Shown here in pieces: positions 11,702 through 23,527 of a stretch of 27,148 nucleotides of DNA; the stretch's first letter is position 1, and each line of letters opens with the position of its first letter. The position numbers were made by a program, and so were the translations under genes. Below the pieces are notes generated by a model that saw only the letters and a program-made list of their open reading frames with translations, had not been told where the DNA came from and searched no databases. Source of the stretch: Lobosporangium transversale (lineage: Eukaryota); assembly GCF_002105155.1 (NCBI RefSeq), contig NW_019029013.1, positions 434,001 through 461,148 of the forward strand. Direction: 5' to 3'.

Positions 11702-14700
11702 AAAGAAAAAAAGACCAGATGACCCTTGCTTTCGCGCTCACGCATCCATTGGTACAAGACAAGGAAGGAGAAAGAGGTCTGGGACATTTCTTAGCCATTT
11801 AATGTATGTATATATATATACTATGGTTTTCTGACAAACGAGGTCCCTTCCTGCATCAAGGAAAGTATATTATAATATCCGTAGAGCGAAAAAAAAAAAA
11901 AAAAAAAAAAAGCAAGAGAGGCTGAGGCTGAGTGACAAGGGGAAATGTTGATTGGAGACATCTTTCTAAGGTCAGGGGAACTGGACTGGAGGCACTGTGG
12001 CTGCACAGTAGAGTATATCCCCCATTTTCCTTTTAATTCTAATATTCCCGCGGACCCATTGGCGATGGCTGAAACCCTTTTTGCATTGATATTGATATTG
12101 CATTATCGAAAACACTCCAATGGTGACTGGAGCTCAGCTCTCTTCTTTATAAGGGCTTGTCTAATAGAACTCTGTCGTGGGAGTTTCCTCCTATTGATCA
12201 AATCAACCAAGTCCCTAGACCATTTGTTTTCCTCTTTGGGTTGGGACAGGATTTTCTAATGTCTTACATGTACATGGTCCTATGGATGGATGAAATGTAT
12301 GATCGGGGCTAGTCTGTTCAATGTTGAAATAGTCCGTAGTCTGTCAAGTCTATTTTATTTTCTTTGTGTTCAAAATCCAGACGACAAGGACATCATGTGG
12401 AAGATGGGAGCACCTATTTAATACTGATTGGTGGTACCTGGATTGATAAAAATAAGTCTCGTATAAATGATTGGTCCTGAGAAATCTTTCTTTTTTTTAT
12501 CGGCGATCATAATGTCGACCATGGTCATGCCTCCTTTCTGTGTTTTATGTATGAGGGTCAGACATCGACATCGACCATTACTGGAACCATAGAGGATAGA
12601 GAACGAACATCCATCTCAGAAAGATCATTCAGACACCATTGCTACTTACATGGGACATCATAATGGATTTGGAGGCGATTGATGCGGAAATAAGGACATA
12701 ATTGGTCTCAATGGAGCCTCTTTTTTTTTTTTTTTTTTTTTTTTTTGGAGCAATTTGCGTTACGAAATATTAACTACAAAATCAACAAAGATGCGAGTAT
12801 GGATAATAATGATATGACTATTTGTATATGTCTGATATTCTACATCTGGAGTTTTCCCTCCAAGGTGATGTTACAAGCACGATGCTACCTGTTTCCATCC
12901 ATTTCGATTCTGGTAATTTCATTTAAATAAAAAAAAGAAAATATTATTCTTGGCAATCAAAGCATGGAGGCCATGTGCGTATGCATACATGCATGTCTGC
13001 AAGCATCATGCTCTCATGGCTACACTTTTTTACAAGTTCATATCTTGAAGCGTTGTCACCTTGTAAAGATATTAATAAATGTAATAAATGCTTAAATGCC
13101 TATGTTTTATTTTAACCCTTGATTATTGTTGACGGCTATAGTTTTTAACAAAGACATGTGGAATAAATAAAAGAAATAAAACAACTTCTAGAATGATAAT
13201 AAAGAGACACAAAAGAAAATGAGGAGCAACAAGCTTTCATTTTTGTCTCAACCGACCACAAACCGGATGCTCATGATGTGGATGATGACGACCAAGGGAC
13301 AAACAACCATGACATACTGACCATAGCTCGGAAGCATGTGCTTGTTTAATGGCTTTCGGATGCCCCCACTTCTTTTTAATAAGTGACGAGAATGCTCTTC
13401 ACATTACATCGTCACCCTCGAAACGACATCAATAACTAGGAAAATCCATGACTTTTTACGGATATTCTTTTCTTTCTATTTGTCTCGTGGCTCGAAATGT
13501 TGTGAGCGATGTTAAATGAATGCAAGTTATCCATTAATGAATATCTACTTAACCGGTCTTTTTCGGAAAATAACATGGGGGCTCTAGGGAGGATCCATAT
13601 TCATCACATTCGTAAGGAGAATCCCATCTTTTCTGCAATAAATCTATATTCCCATGTATTAACATTGGCATTGAAAGTCTCATCCTTCATCTTCCTTAAA
13701 AAGTCTCTTTGTTTGTTCATCCCTTTTCCTATGTTCGGCGAGTGATGGCGAAGATCAAAGCGTTGCTAGTGGAGTAGAAGTGGCGGTGGAGAAAGAGATA
13801 CACCTAAATTTCTTTCCTAAATACGCATGAATCTTTTGTCACCTTACTCTGCGCCTCATTTATTTTCTAAAAGCTTACTTCATGGGTCGGGTCTGCGCTC
13901 CGATTCTCAATGGGTAGACGTGATCCGGTCCCCTTCAAGTGCATTGGCATTATTTCCGCACCGAGGGCGATGCTAATCCGAGACCCATTGCCTCATTTTT
14001 TTTGTTTTTTTGTTTCTTATGCCAGGGATCAATTGAGAAACATGAAGTACCCTGTTTAACCCTCTACATGATGAGCTTGGTAATAAGAAAAACTAGGAAT
14101 TAAGCAAGACACCTGAACAAGATGATGCTAAGAATAACAATGGTTAAAACAAGGAGTATAAAAGACAGTTCGATTCCCATCATTGCATTGCTATCAGGCC
14201 TGATGACTTGATAAATGAAATGATGACAGCGTTTCGTTATCTTTTTTTTTTCTGCTGATAACATTGTTGATATTGTTGTTGTTGATTATGGTTTTTTTTT
14301 TATAGGTTAAGGACGCGATACGTTGGCATTTTTGACCTTGATTCTGATTTGGTGTCATATAAACTCCTCCCCCTGATACCTTGTCTTCAATGGGTAATGG
14401 AAACTGGAGTACAATCTGTCTATCAATTTCTATTCTCATTACAAGCAGAACTACGAGACATTACGCTCGTTTGAGCTTACGCATATTTTACATAGATCAT
14501 CAAAAGACTTTTTTCTTTTTACTTCTATGCATGTAGGTGTGTATATTACAGACAACAAGGACAGTGTTCGGACAATGAATAAAATCCTTCATGCTGTTGC
14601 TTTTTGCCCTAATCTAGACAACAAGTGGGGATCGCCAGATCAGACCGGAGAGCAGAGACCAGACTAGGCCAGGCTAGAGAATGAGAGTGCTTTAATAAAA

Positions 14701-15370
14701 TAGTGAATGACCAGTCATTGTAGAGGAGAGCGAAAGCCGTTTCGTTCGTTCATTAGCTCGGGTCAGAGACATGGAGAGAAGCTTGCCTTGATGCAGGATA
14801 TGTGCGGGATATGTTAAATAAATAGAACCATATGATGATAATAATAAGCAATTGAATAAAGAGGATTGTATTGCATATGTCATATGAACATCGATATATC
14901 AGAGTAAAATAAAGTATATATTGTGGAAATAAAATAAAATAAAATAGAACTATAAACGAGATTGCATAAAAGATAAAATAAAGTAAAAGAATAAGGAACC
15001 AATCCTTTAAAATACATTTCAATTCAATTCAAAGGTTGAGATTGCTTTTTTTTTTTTTTTCCTTCCTCCCCATTCACCCCCCAATAGGTTTCTTTTTTTC
15101 ACATACTTGTCTCTTATTTGCTTCTTTGTCCCTTGTCTTCCATTTTTCTTTGTCCTCCCTTTCTTTCCTCTTTTCTCTTCTCTCTTTCTTGTCTTTTACT
15201 TCAAACAGCGCTACATTATATAATACTCCATCCTCACAAAGATATCCCCATTATTTGTGTAGATCACACACACATTCTCTTTCTTTCACTTCTACATCCA
15301 TCTCAGTCTTCTCTCTATCTTTCTCTACTAGTCATATCGATACTCATTCCTCGGGATTCATTCTGCCAAC

Positions 15371-16570
15371 ATGGGGAACTTCAAAGTCCTTTACTCCTTC
15401 ATTAGCAACCGCGTCCTCCCTAGAGCTAACAGTGACGATAGCGCCGTTTCTGTTACTTCCCAAGAAACTTGCTCTGACTACCCTAATTATCATCATAAAC
15501 AGCATCGTCGCCACTACAGCGACACCTCTTCTGCAATCTTACACAAAGAGGCGATCCAACAACTCTTTCCTTGCGAAGATCGACACTCCTTTAACCCACA
15601 CTACCAGCACAACCTCCACTCCACTTCTCCAATATACTCCACTCCTCCTTCACTTTCTTCTTCACCCACAAATTCATCTCCTTCCTCTACAACCTCGTCC
15701 TCATCTCAAGCATCCTCCACATCAAGACCTTATTACCACTATAACTCTTCTTCCAGACGATCATTATCATCTCCACACACGCGTCAGCAGTATCAACACC
15801 TTCAGCAACAACATCAACATCAGCAGCAGAAGCAAAGACAGCAGCAACAGCAACATTCTCGCAGCTATAGCTATAATCGTCAACAGGCCAGACGACAAAA
15901 CCATCAACGAAGTTACGTTAATCAGCCATATTTCGAGTCGCCCTCGCTCGAAGATGATTTGGTGATCGGTTATGATAACCAGCGTATCTTTTATGAGTCT
16001 GGTGCCTCAGCCTCCATGACTCGCGTTCATCCCAATGGCTCACCCTCATATCCTTCTTCTCCGACCTCATCCATGTCTTCAGCCTTTGCTCGCCAGCAAC
16101 AACAACAACAACAACAACAACAACAACGCTTGCAAGGACATCGTCGGACGGCCAGTCACATCTCTGCTTCCTACTCCGTGTCGGAGAATGAAAGTACATC
16201 TTCTCCTGCGTCTCGATCTCTTGTTACATCAACCGCCTTACATGCATCGCCTGCTGTTGTCAAAGCAAACATGCTTCCAAGCATCTCCGAAGTCACTGTC
16301 GCTGCATTTGTTCAGGACGAAGAAGATGTTGACTCTGTTTCGGCTCTCGAGAATCGCTCTTCGGGCTCGGCCTCGGGCTCGGCCTCGCGTGCGTCCGAAT
16401 CATCAAATGATTCTCCGACGACAGCTAAACAATCATTGATGCGTATTGCCCGATGCAGTTCTCGTCAAGACAACTGGTGTCCTCTCCAGGCCGGTCAATG
16501 GACTCGCCATTATGCTGAAACGCGTTCTTTTGGCATGATGACTGATGGTCGTCGTGCCAGACGTCTCTAA
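15371..16570 (+). CDS. Hypothetical low-complexity S/Q/H-rich protein (399 aa)
   Basis: Single long ORF in strong context (AACATGG) after a long CT-rich leader (15040-15370). It has poly-Q and poly-S tracts and a short Cys/Trp-containing C-terminal segment. Confidence 0.8.
   Translation: MGNFKVLYSFISNRVLPRANSDDSAVSVTSQETCSDYPNYHHKQHRRHYSDTSSAILHKEAIQQLFPCEDRHSFNPHYQHNLHSTSPIYSTPPSLSSSPTNSSPSSTTSSSSQASSTSRPYYHYNSSSRRSLSSPHTRQQYQHLQQQHQHQQQKQRQQQQQHSRSYSYNRQQARRQNHQRSYVNQPYFESPSLEDDLVIGYDNQRIFYESGASASMTRVHPNGSPSYPSSPTSSMSSAFARQQQQQQQQQQQRLQGHRRTASHISASYSVSENESTSSPASRSLVTSTALHASPAVVKANMLPSISEVTVAAFVQDEEDVDSVSALENRSSGSASGSASRASESSNDSPTTAKQSLMRIARCSSRQDNWCPLQAGQWTRHYAETRSFGMMTDGRRARRL
16097..16126 (+). 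repeat. (CAA)10 microsatellite encoding poly-Gln
   Basis: Read directly from the sequence. Confidence 0.95.
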
Positions 16571-17052
16571 AAAAAAAAAAAAAAAAAAAAAAAGAATTTA
16601 TCAGGATTGCCTGTCAAATTTTGTGCACCCCTGGCTTTTTTTTTTTTTTTTTTTTTTTACACATGCACAACAATTGTTTATTTTTTCCCTTCTTTCCACC
16701 CCTCGGGTCTTTGGCATGAGATGGGAAGTCAGTTATTGATTACAAAAAATCCAATATGCTCTCCCTGCTCTACTCTTTCAGCATGGCATAGCCCATATGT
16801 CAAACATTCCTTCTCTCCTTTTTCTGTTTGTCATCCTTTTAACATTTAGATCTTGTATATTTATTTCTTTTTATTCTTTCCATGTATTTTTAAACCTTTC
16901 AGAGCTGAAAGTGTTTCCTCGCTCTGTCATCTTTTCTTTGTACATTTACATAGGGCTTATTTTCTTTTTCCTTTCTTCTGTAGTTGTAGTCTTTGTAACA
17001 AAATATATAATAATAATAATAATAAATCACGCGAATAAATAATACTACATAA

Positions 17053-17076
17053 TATATATATATATATATATATATA
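17053..17076. repeat. (TA)12 microsatellite
   Basis: Read directly from the sequence. Confidence 0.9.
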
Positions 17077-18679
17077 TTTATCACTGTCTATTTGTCTCTG
17101 ATGCACATGTCCAATCACGTCTGTAGAAATTGTTTAACGATGAACCTAAAGAACATTGCGGTTGATCTATCCTCAGATGGGTAATCTGTATCCTCATGGT
17201 CTTGTCATATCATCGAAGATAGAAAAAAGGCCCTCTTTTTTCTTTTTTATTTGAGACTAGTCTATTCTAGCCTAGCCAAGCTTAGTCTTGCCGACCCTGA
17301 AAATTCTGTGATAAGGAACAAAAAAAAAGGGCCCTTCATTGGATCCGCCAAAAACCCTTTTATTATCGTCCAATGTTTCTTTTCAGTTGCTATAGACCCC
17401 TTAATAGATGGGTTTGGCTACGAGAGTCAAATCAAATGCTACTGGAAAGACAGATTACTTAAGCTTACACATTCTGAAGTGAACAAGTTCGAGCTGACTG
17501 ACCATAGCATTTGTTGGATCTAAGTAATGAGGAAAAAGTTGCCTCTTCGGAACAAACAAGCCGTTATATTCTATGAACCTTTAGATCTTCCGTCCATATG
17601 TAGAATCACAACTGTAAAGCGATGCATGTGTTACGGTTGTAGGATCAGTGAATTTGCTCCTATTAGTTAGCGGAATCTTTTTTTTTTTTTTAAATAGCAG
17701 TGATCGAAAAAAGAACTTTTAGACAAAGAATCAAGGGATGCCGGTATCAATGAAACGCGTCTTTTTACTAACTTGACGATCTTGTAATGACATCGACTAA
17801 AAAAAAAAAATACATGTCATGGTGCAGCATCCAATATTGCTCTTTCCAATCTTTTGTGGTGTCCACATGTCATCATGTCATGATGCATCGGTATCCGGTG
17901 TACATGTACATGTACAGGCTTTTTTTCTTTTCCTTTCCCCACACATCACCATCGTATTCCTACTTCTTCGGGAAAATAAAGCGATGTGTTGTTTGATTTG
18001 CTCTTTATTCTCTGTAATCAAAGAGGCTGGGCAGATCAAAAAAAAATTTTTTTTTGTCTACCTTACACGTATTCTTCTCCATGTTGTACATGTTCATGTA
18101 GCTTGAAACTGACAGTGGACGGGACCTGAATCTTTTTTTTTTTTTTTTTTTTTTTTTCATCCCCAAGAAAAAGTTTTTTTTATGGCTGACATAGTGTTGC
18201 ATGTCCAGAAATATGTGTTGCGGTTAGAAAGGGTGAAAGATGAATGCTCATGCAAGGGGTTTTATTTTACACCAGATATTATTCAGATGGAGGAGGCGGT
18301 GAATGAAAGAAAGTGTGGGAGGAAAATTTTTTTTTATTTTCTTTCATCTCTTTTTTTTCAACACCGAGGTCTTTTTTTTTTTTTTTTTTGTATTCAGACA
18401 TTGCTCTCTCCCTCTTCTCCCCCCCTACTTCTTCTTGCCATACTGTTGAGTTGTTGAACACATGCACAATGATGCGAGTTTACATCTTTTTTTTCTTTCT
18501 TCTCTCTTCCTGAGGCATTTTTTTTTTAAAGATATTGATGGCCATATAACCTTTAATGGCATGGAAGAAGGTTTGTTTATTTTTATTTTGTTTTCGCCTT
18601 TACTTTTGCCCTTTTTGCATTCTGCAAAATGAACGCTAACATGAACGGAGCCAAAAAAAAAAAAAAAAAAACCACCCTT

Positions 18680-18681
<2 letters not shown>

Positions 18682-18713
<32 letters not shown>
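18682..18713. repeat. (TA)16 microsatellite
   Basis: Read directly from the sequence. Confidence 0.9.
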
Positions 18714-18721
<8 letters not shown>

Positions 18722-19403
18722 TACTCTATTTACGTATAGAGTCGCATGGTCGTGTGGATAAGGAACGAAGAAGCTCTCAGCTTGAAGAGTTTTTTACATT
18801 ATACAAATGCACCAACATTCATCTGTCTTTAAAAAAAAGGCTTCTCCGAATATCCGAAATATTAAGATGCAGCTCTCCACTCGCGTGGCATTAAAAATAA
18901 AAAAGAAAAAAAAAGGGAATATAAACTAGCTATCCTAGACTACATGTACGCGTCTCTTGGATGATGCGTAGTCTATCACCATTGACTCCCAATAGCAGAT
19001 TTTAGCATACACAAGACTTGTCACGTTATGTATATATAATCCCTTCTCACCCCTTCTTTCCCTCCTCCCGTACCGCAGCAACAATACACATGCACTGTTG
19101 TATAAAGATATTTGTATACAAGCAATTTTTTGCCACAAAAAAAAACGACTGCGCCAAGAGGTGGTTTTGTAGACTATGCCTACAAATAACAAGTAAAATG
19201 TAAATAGATATTATTTATATATACATATATATGTATTTTATTTTATTTTTTCTCACACCTTTTCTTTTTTCCCACGTTTGCAAATAAAGAAAATAGAAAA
19301 AAAAAAAGTCGCACGATCATCTTTAATTGATTTTTGCTCTAAACCGATTTAACTTGCCACCACTTGTACCCATCTTTAACACGATTATCAAATCAGGGTC
19401 AGG

Positions 19404-19438
<35 letters not shown>

Positions 19439-19444
<6 letters not shown>

Positions 19445-20379
19445 GGCGCTGTTTGTGTGTCCACAAGCCTTGCACTTTCGTAGCTCAATTTCTGCAGCAT
19501 AGCGTTTGATCACAGGCGCAAGTTGCTTGCCCAAGTCCACACAATGGAATGAGTCTTCATATACAATTTCCTTGCATTGTTCACAATACCATCTCAGGCG
19601 ATCTATTGCATTCAAAATATATTTAAATAAAAAATAGTCCGCCTTATTTTAGTCCGCCTTACTTTTTTCACCAAACAGTCTCGAGATAGTGCATGCATGT
19701 ATTGTCGTGCTTCTTACCAAGGGCTTCAGCAGGTCTCTGACGTTCAATAACGATGCCGACTGTGTCTGCAAAGCGGACTGGGTTATGGGGTGTATTAGCT
19801 AAATATTCAACAGATGGGCACAGATATTCACACAGACATATACATGCGCGTCAAAGAAAAAAAATAAGTTAACCACTTTCACTCGTAAAACAGCTCTTTT
19901 TTTTTTTTTTTTTTCTTATCAATTCGTCTCATCGTCTGTTGATTCCTTACCAGGCAAGAGGAACATTTCACCTTCCTTGATTGGAATATCTTTAAATTCA
20001 CCATTGTCAACGACTTTAAGCAACATGTCACCCTTGTACTGATAGAACCATTCCTATAAAAAAACACACAATCGACATGATTCAGTCTCATAATGTCAAC
20101 ATCTTTTTTTTTTTTTTTTTTTGTAAAAAAGCTTTGCAGGCATGAAGTCGAGATATAAATGCACATGTATACATATAAATATGTAAACACATTTTTTTCA
20201 TCTCTTTCTATTTTTCTAACCTCAGTCTCGTTGACATGGTAATCAGTTCGAGCATTTGGTCCGCCTACAGCCATGATGATAAAATCACCCCGTTGGACCA
20301 GGTAGTTATTGACTGGTGGCTGCAACTTGTCAGCATGTTCTTCGATCCATTTACCAAAGTTGATGGGAAGTGCAAGCAT
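19439..20379 (-). CDS. BNA1: 3-hydroxyanthranilate 3,4-dioxygenase (kynurenine pathway, de novo NAD+ synthesis), 168 aa, 4 exons
   Basis: Exons 20379-20221, 20053-19951, 19798-19718 and 19602-19439 with GT-AG introns, in phase. Motifs: [49 protein letters not shown], and rubredoxin-like WYCEQC ... CKACG. Confidence 0.96.
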
Positions 20380-20381
20380 GA

Positions 20382-20412
<31 letters not shown>

Positions 20413-21384
20413 GAAATTGATTGAATAGTGACAATGAGAATGAGAAGGAAGAACACAGAGTTGAATGATGATCTTTCAGTTATTGCTGCACTTGAATGGT
20501 ACAAAGAGAGAATGGAGGATAAAAAAGCACAAGTCCTTGACGTTGGTGGGAAAAAAAAAAAGCAGCAGAAAATTAAAATGACGCGCGGGCGATGACTGTG
20601 CGCAGACCCTAATTGCCAACTTAGTCACCAACACGTCAAAGTAGTAGTGCAAGCTAATGCCTCTAGTCTAGCATCTAAACTAGCAAAAAATAACTTTCAT
20701 TACAAAAGACGGGTATCTGATGATGGTGAAGCAGTAAAGCCCCCTTCTGGATCTGTCTTTACAGACATACCCAATGAATAATGTTAAATATATATATATA
20801 TTATAATATATTTATAATATGTATACATTTACATCTTTATCTCCCAAGACGTAAAAGGATAACAATAAATTATACAACATTCCTTTCTTCGGAAGCAGCC
20901 GGCTGTTTTCTGTCTTTTTTTAATTCGCTCGCATGGTCATGTCACACAGACATCGTCCCAGTTCCAAGAAACCGTTTGCTTTATAGTTGTAGGCCCGATC
21001 CTTCCTTTCGATCCACTCAGCACTTATTCCGCCTATCACTGACTCTTAAAACTTAAAAGAACAAATGAATGTTATGCCATGCAGCCTTGGAAAGAAAAAA
21101 AGATGCTTCCCCGCGCTCAATGGCGTTATCCCATGTTGCTGTTATTGTTGACAACATTAGACTAAAAAAATAGATTGTCCGTCTTCCTTTTTCTTTTTTC
21201 TTTTCTCTTTTTCTTTTTTCTTTCTCTTCTGTCTTCTCACTTATCCTTCATCACTTCTGGAGAAAGAAAGGTCTTTCTTTATTCTTTCACGATCATAACC
21301 ATCAATCATCCTTTTTTTTTTTACTCGTATTCGTAAACTCATACACAAGGATAAAAAAAAAACAATTGATCGACCAGTTTTCTA

Positions 21385-23527
21385 ATGACTGGGATTGTCG
21401 CTCGCCTCAACACAGCCATCGCCAAATCATTTATCGGGCGATGGTTCTTGCTCGAGGGATCATCTCATCCTCGGGCTCGTGCCAACACTCGTTTCTCCAC
21501 AGAGATCCGAGCTGGTTTCGCAACCTTCGTCACCATGGCATATATCATCTCAGTTAATGCCCTCATTATCTCCGACACTGGTGGAACTTGTGAGTGTGAT
21601 TTCGATCCAATGGACCCTCTTAAAGGTGGTGCTGCTGCAGCCGGAGGGGGAGTCCCGGGAGCAAGTGCGGCCAACAGGATTGCATATTGTGGTTCTAATC
21701 CAGAATACATGGCCTGTGTGGACATCATCCGGAAAGACATGATTGTTGCCACAGCAGCCATGGCTTGTATTGCATCAACTGCTATCGGTATCTTTTCAAA
21801 TTTGCCTTTAGGCTTGGCTCCTGGGTAAGGGCAAAAAAAAAAAAAAAAAAAAAAAAATTGCTAACAAAGATGTTAGTTGGTGTCGTATTGTTATATTGAT
21901 GCAATTAGTGCTAATGACACGATGGTTTTGTCACTTCTCTTAAAAAAAATTTTTTTTTAGAATGGGAATTAATGCTTATTTCACCTACACAGTCGTTGGA
22001 AAGTTTGGAAGTGGCAAGATCAGCTACAGAGTTGCTTTGGCGGCTGTCTTTATCGAAGGTATTATCTTCTTGATCCTCTCAATCCTTGGACTTCGTCAAT
22101 GGCTCGCTCGCTGTATCCCTCGTAATATCAAGGTCGCCACAGGAGTCGGCATTGGTATTTATTTGACATTCATTGGAATGCAGTCTTCTGCCGGTATTGG
22201 TCTCATCCGTGCAGATCCTGCGACCTTGGTGACTCTTGGAGGCTGTAATGCAGAATATCTGGATGCTTCGGGCGTATGTACCGCTGGTCGAATGGAGTCC
22301 CCCAGGACATGGATGGGTGTCTTGGGTCTCTTCTTAATCTCTATCCTGGGCATGTACAGAGTCAAAGGATCGATCCTGATTGGTATCCTCTTTGTCGCAA
22401 TTGTCTCTTGGTTCAGAAACACTGAGGTCACATATTTCCCGTATGATGCTGCGGGCAACAGTCGGTTTGATTACTTCAAGCAGGTGGTTAATTTCCATAC
22501 AATCCAAAAGACATTGGGAGTCATGCAGTTTGAGCTCAACTCGGGAGAATTTTGGCTCGCACTCATCACATTTCTCTACGTCGATATCCTGGACACCACA
22601 GGCACCATGTTCTCGATGGCTCAATTTGCAGGATTCATGGACCCTAAAACTGGAGACTTTGAGGGATCTACACCAGCTTTCATCACAGATGCACTCTGTG
22701 TTTCCTTGGGTGCTGTTTTCGGTACCTCGGATGTCACGGCCTTTGTTGAGTCTGGTGCTGGTATCACCGAGGGCGGACGCACAGGCTTGACCGCTGTGAT
22801 GACAGGATTCTGTTTTTTCATCTCCCTCTTCTTTGCGCCCATCTTCTCGGCGATCCCACCTTGGGCGACAGGCCCTGCCTTGATCTTTGTTGGGTCCTTG
22901 ATGACAAAGTCGGTCACTGATATCAACTTTAACTACGTTGGTGATTCCATCCCTGCGTTCTTGACCCTGGTCATGATGCCATTGACGTACAATATCGCCT
23001 ATGGCTTACTAGCAGGCTTGTTGGCTGCAATCGTCATCAACGGCACAGTCTTTATCATTGAAAAGCTCTCGAGAGGACGATTGGTTCCACCAAACAAGAA
23101 TGAGCGTGATCCTATCATGTCCTTCCGCATGGGCCCACAGGGTGAAGGAGTGCTGCCTCCATGGTTAGTCCGCTTGATCAGGAGATTCAAGGGTCAGGAT
23201 CCCTTAGAGCATGTCGAACATGGCATTGGAGCTGGAGCCTCACAGGAGACTTTGCCTACACCCGATACAAAAGTAACATCGCATATCAAGGATGCATCTG
23301 TCAGTGCCGGCGCTGATACTGGTGTTGGTGCTGGCGCTGGCGCTGGAGCTAGTGCTAATAGAAGCAATGGTGATGGCGCCATCGGCTCAACAGGAGATGT
23401 TGAGATTAACAAAGAAAAGATATCAGAGAACCAGCCATCGACAACATCGGGTGCCGAATACGCACAAACCCGCAGAACTAGCCATCATCGTGTCAACACA
23501 GGATCTGACCGCCGTGATGACTTGTAG
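21385..23527 (+). CDS. azgA: AzgA-type adenine/guanine/hypoxanthine permease (xanthine/uracil permease superfamily), 668 aa, 2 exons
   Basis: Exons 21385-21824 and 21961-23527, with a GTAAGG..TAG intron at 21825-21960. Motifs: TEIRAGFATFVTMAYII, LPLGLAPGMGINAYFTY, TFLYVDILDTTGT, VTAFVESGAGITEGGRTGLTA. Multiple transmembrane segments. Confidence 0.93.

Noticed and set aside
10700..12520. CTGAGA and ACTTGATC fragments suggestive of a fungal TPP riboswitch
   Set aside because: The motifs are not in the required order or spacing, GATAAT..GCG.A.GG is absent, and there is no thiamine gene nearby.
13282..13320. ATGATGA ... CTGA, possible C/D snoRNA (a similar pair is at 14068-14116)
   Set aside because: Too short, with no terminal stem and no recognisable rRNA-antisense element.
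14140..14180. TGGTTAA ... GTTCGATTCCC, tRNA-like boxes
   Set aside because: The spacing of about 25 nt is too short and the flanks do not form cloverleaf stems.
15036..15965. 309-aa ORF overlapping the 399-aa gene in another frame
   Set aside because: TTG start with no ATG until the last codons. The F/L/S-rich sequence simply reflects the CT-rich leader and the low-complexity CDS.
15371..16593. Intronless ORF followed by poly(A): possible retrocopy
   Set aside because: Long A/T runs occur throughout the window, including after the intron-containing BNA1. There is no intervening 3' UTR and no target-site duplication.
16571..19438. Many 60-95-aa ORFs in the convergent intergenic region
   Set aside because: They are dominated by poly-F/poly-K/IY translations of homopolymers and microsatellites, and no coherent exon chain was found.
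21065..21151. 28-aa Cys-rich mini-ORF (MNVMPCSLGKKKRCFPALNGVIPCCCYC) upstream of azgA
   Set aside because: It lies upstream of the CT-rich tract that probably marks the TSS. The Cys run derives from TGT/TGC-rich low-complexity sequence, and there is no other support.
21465..23412. Series of antisense ORFs over azgA (and similar ones over RRP12, the LRR gene and the proteases)
   Set aside because: These are shadow ORFs expected opposite real coding sequence and show no independent protein signatures.
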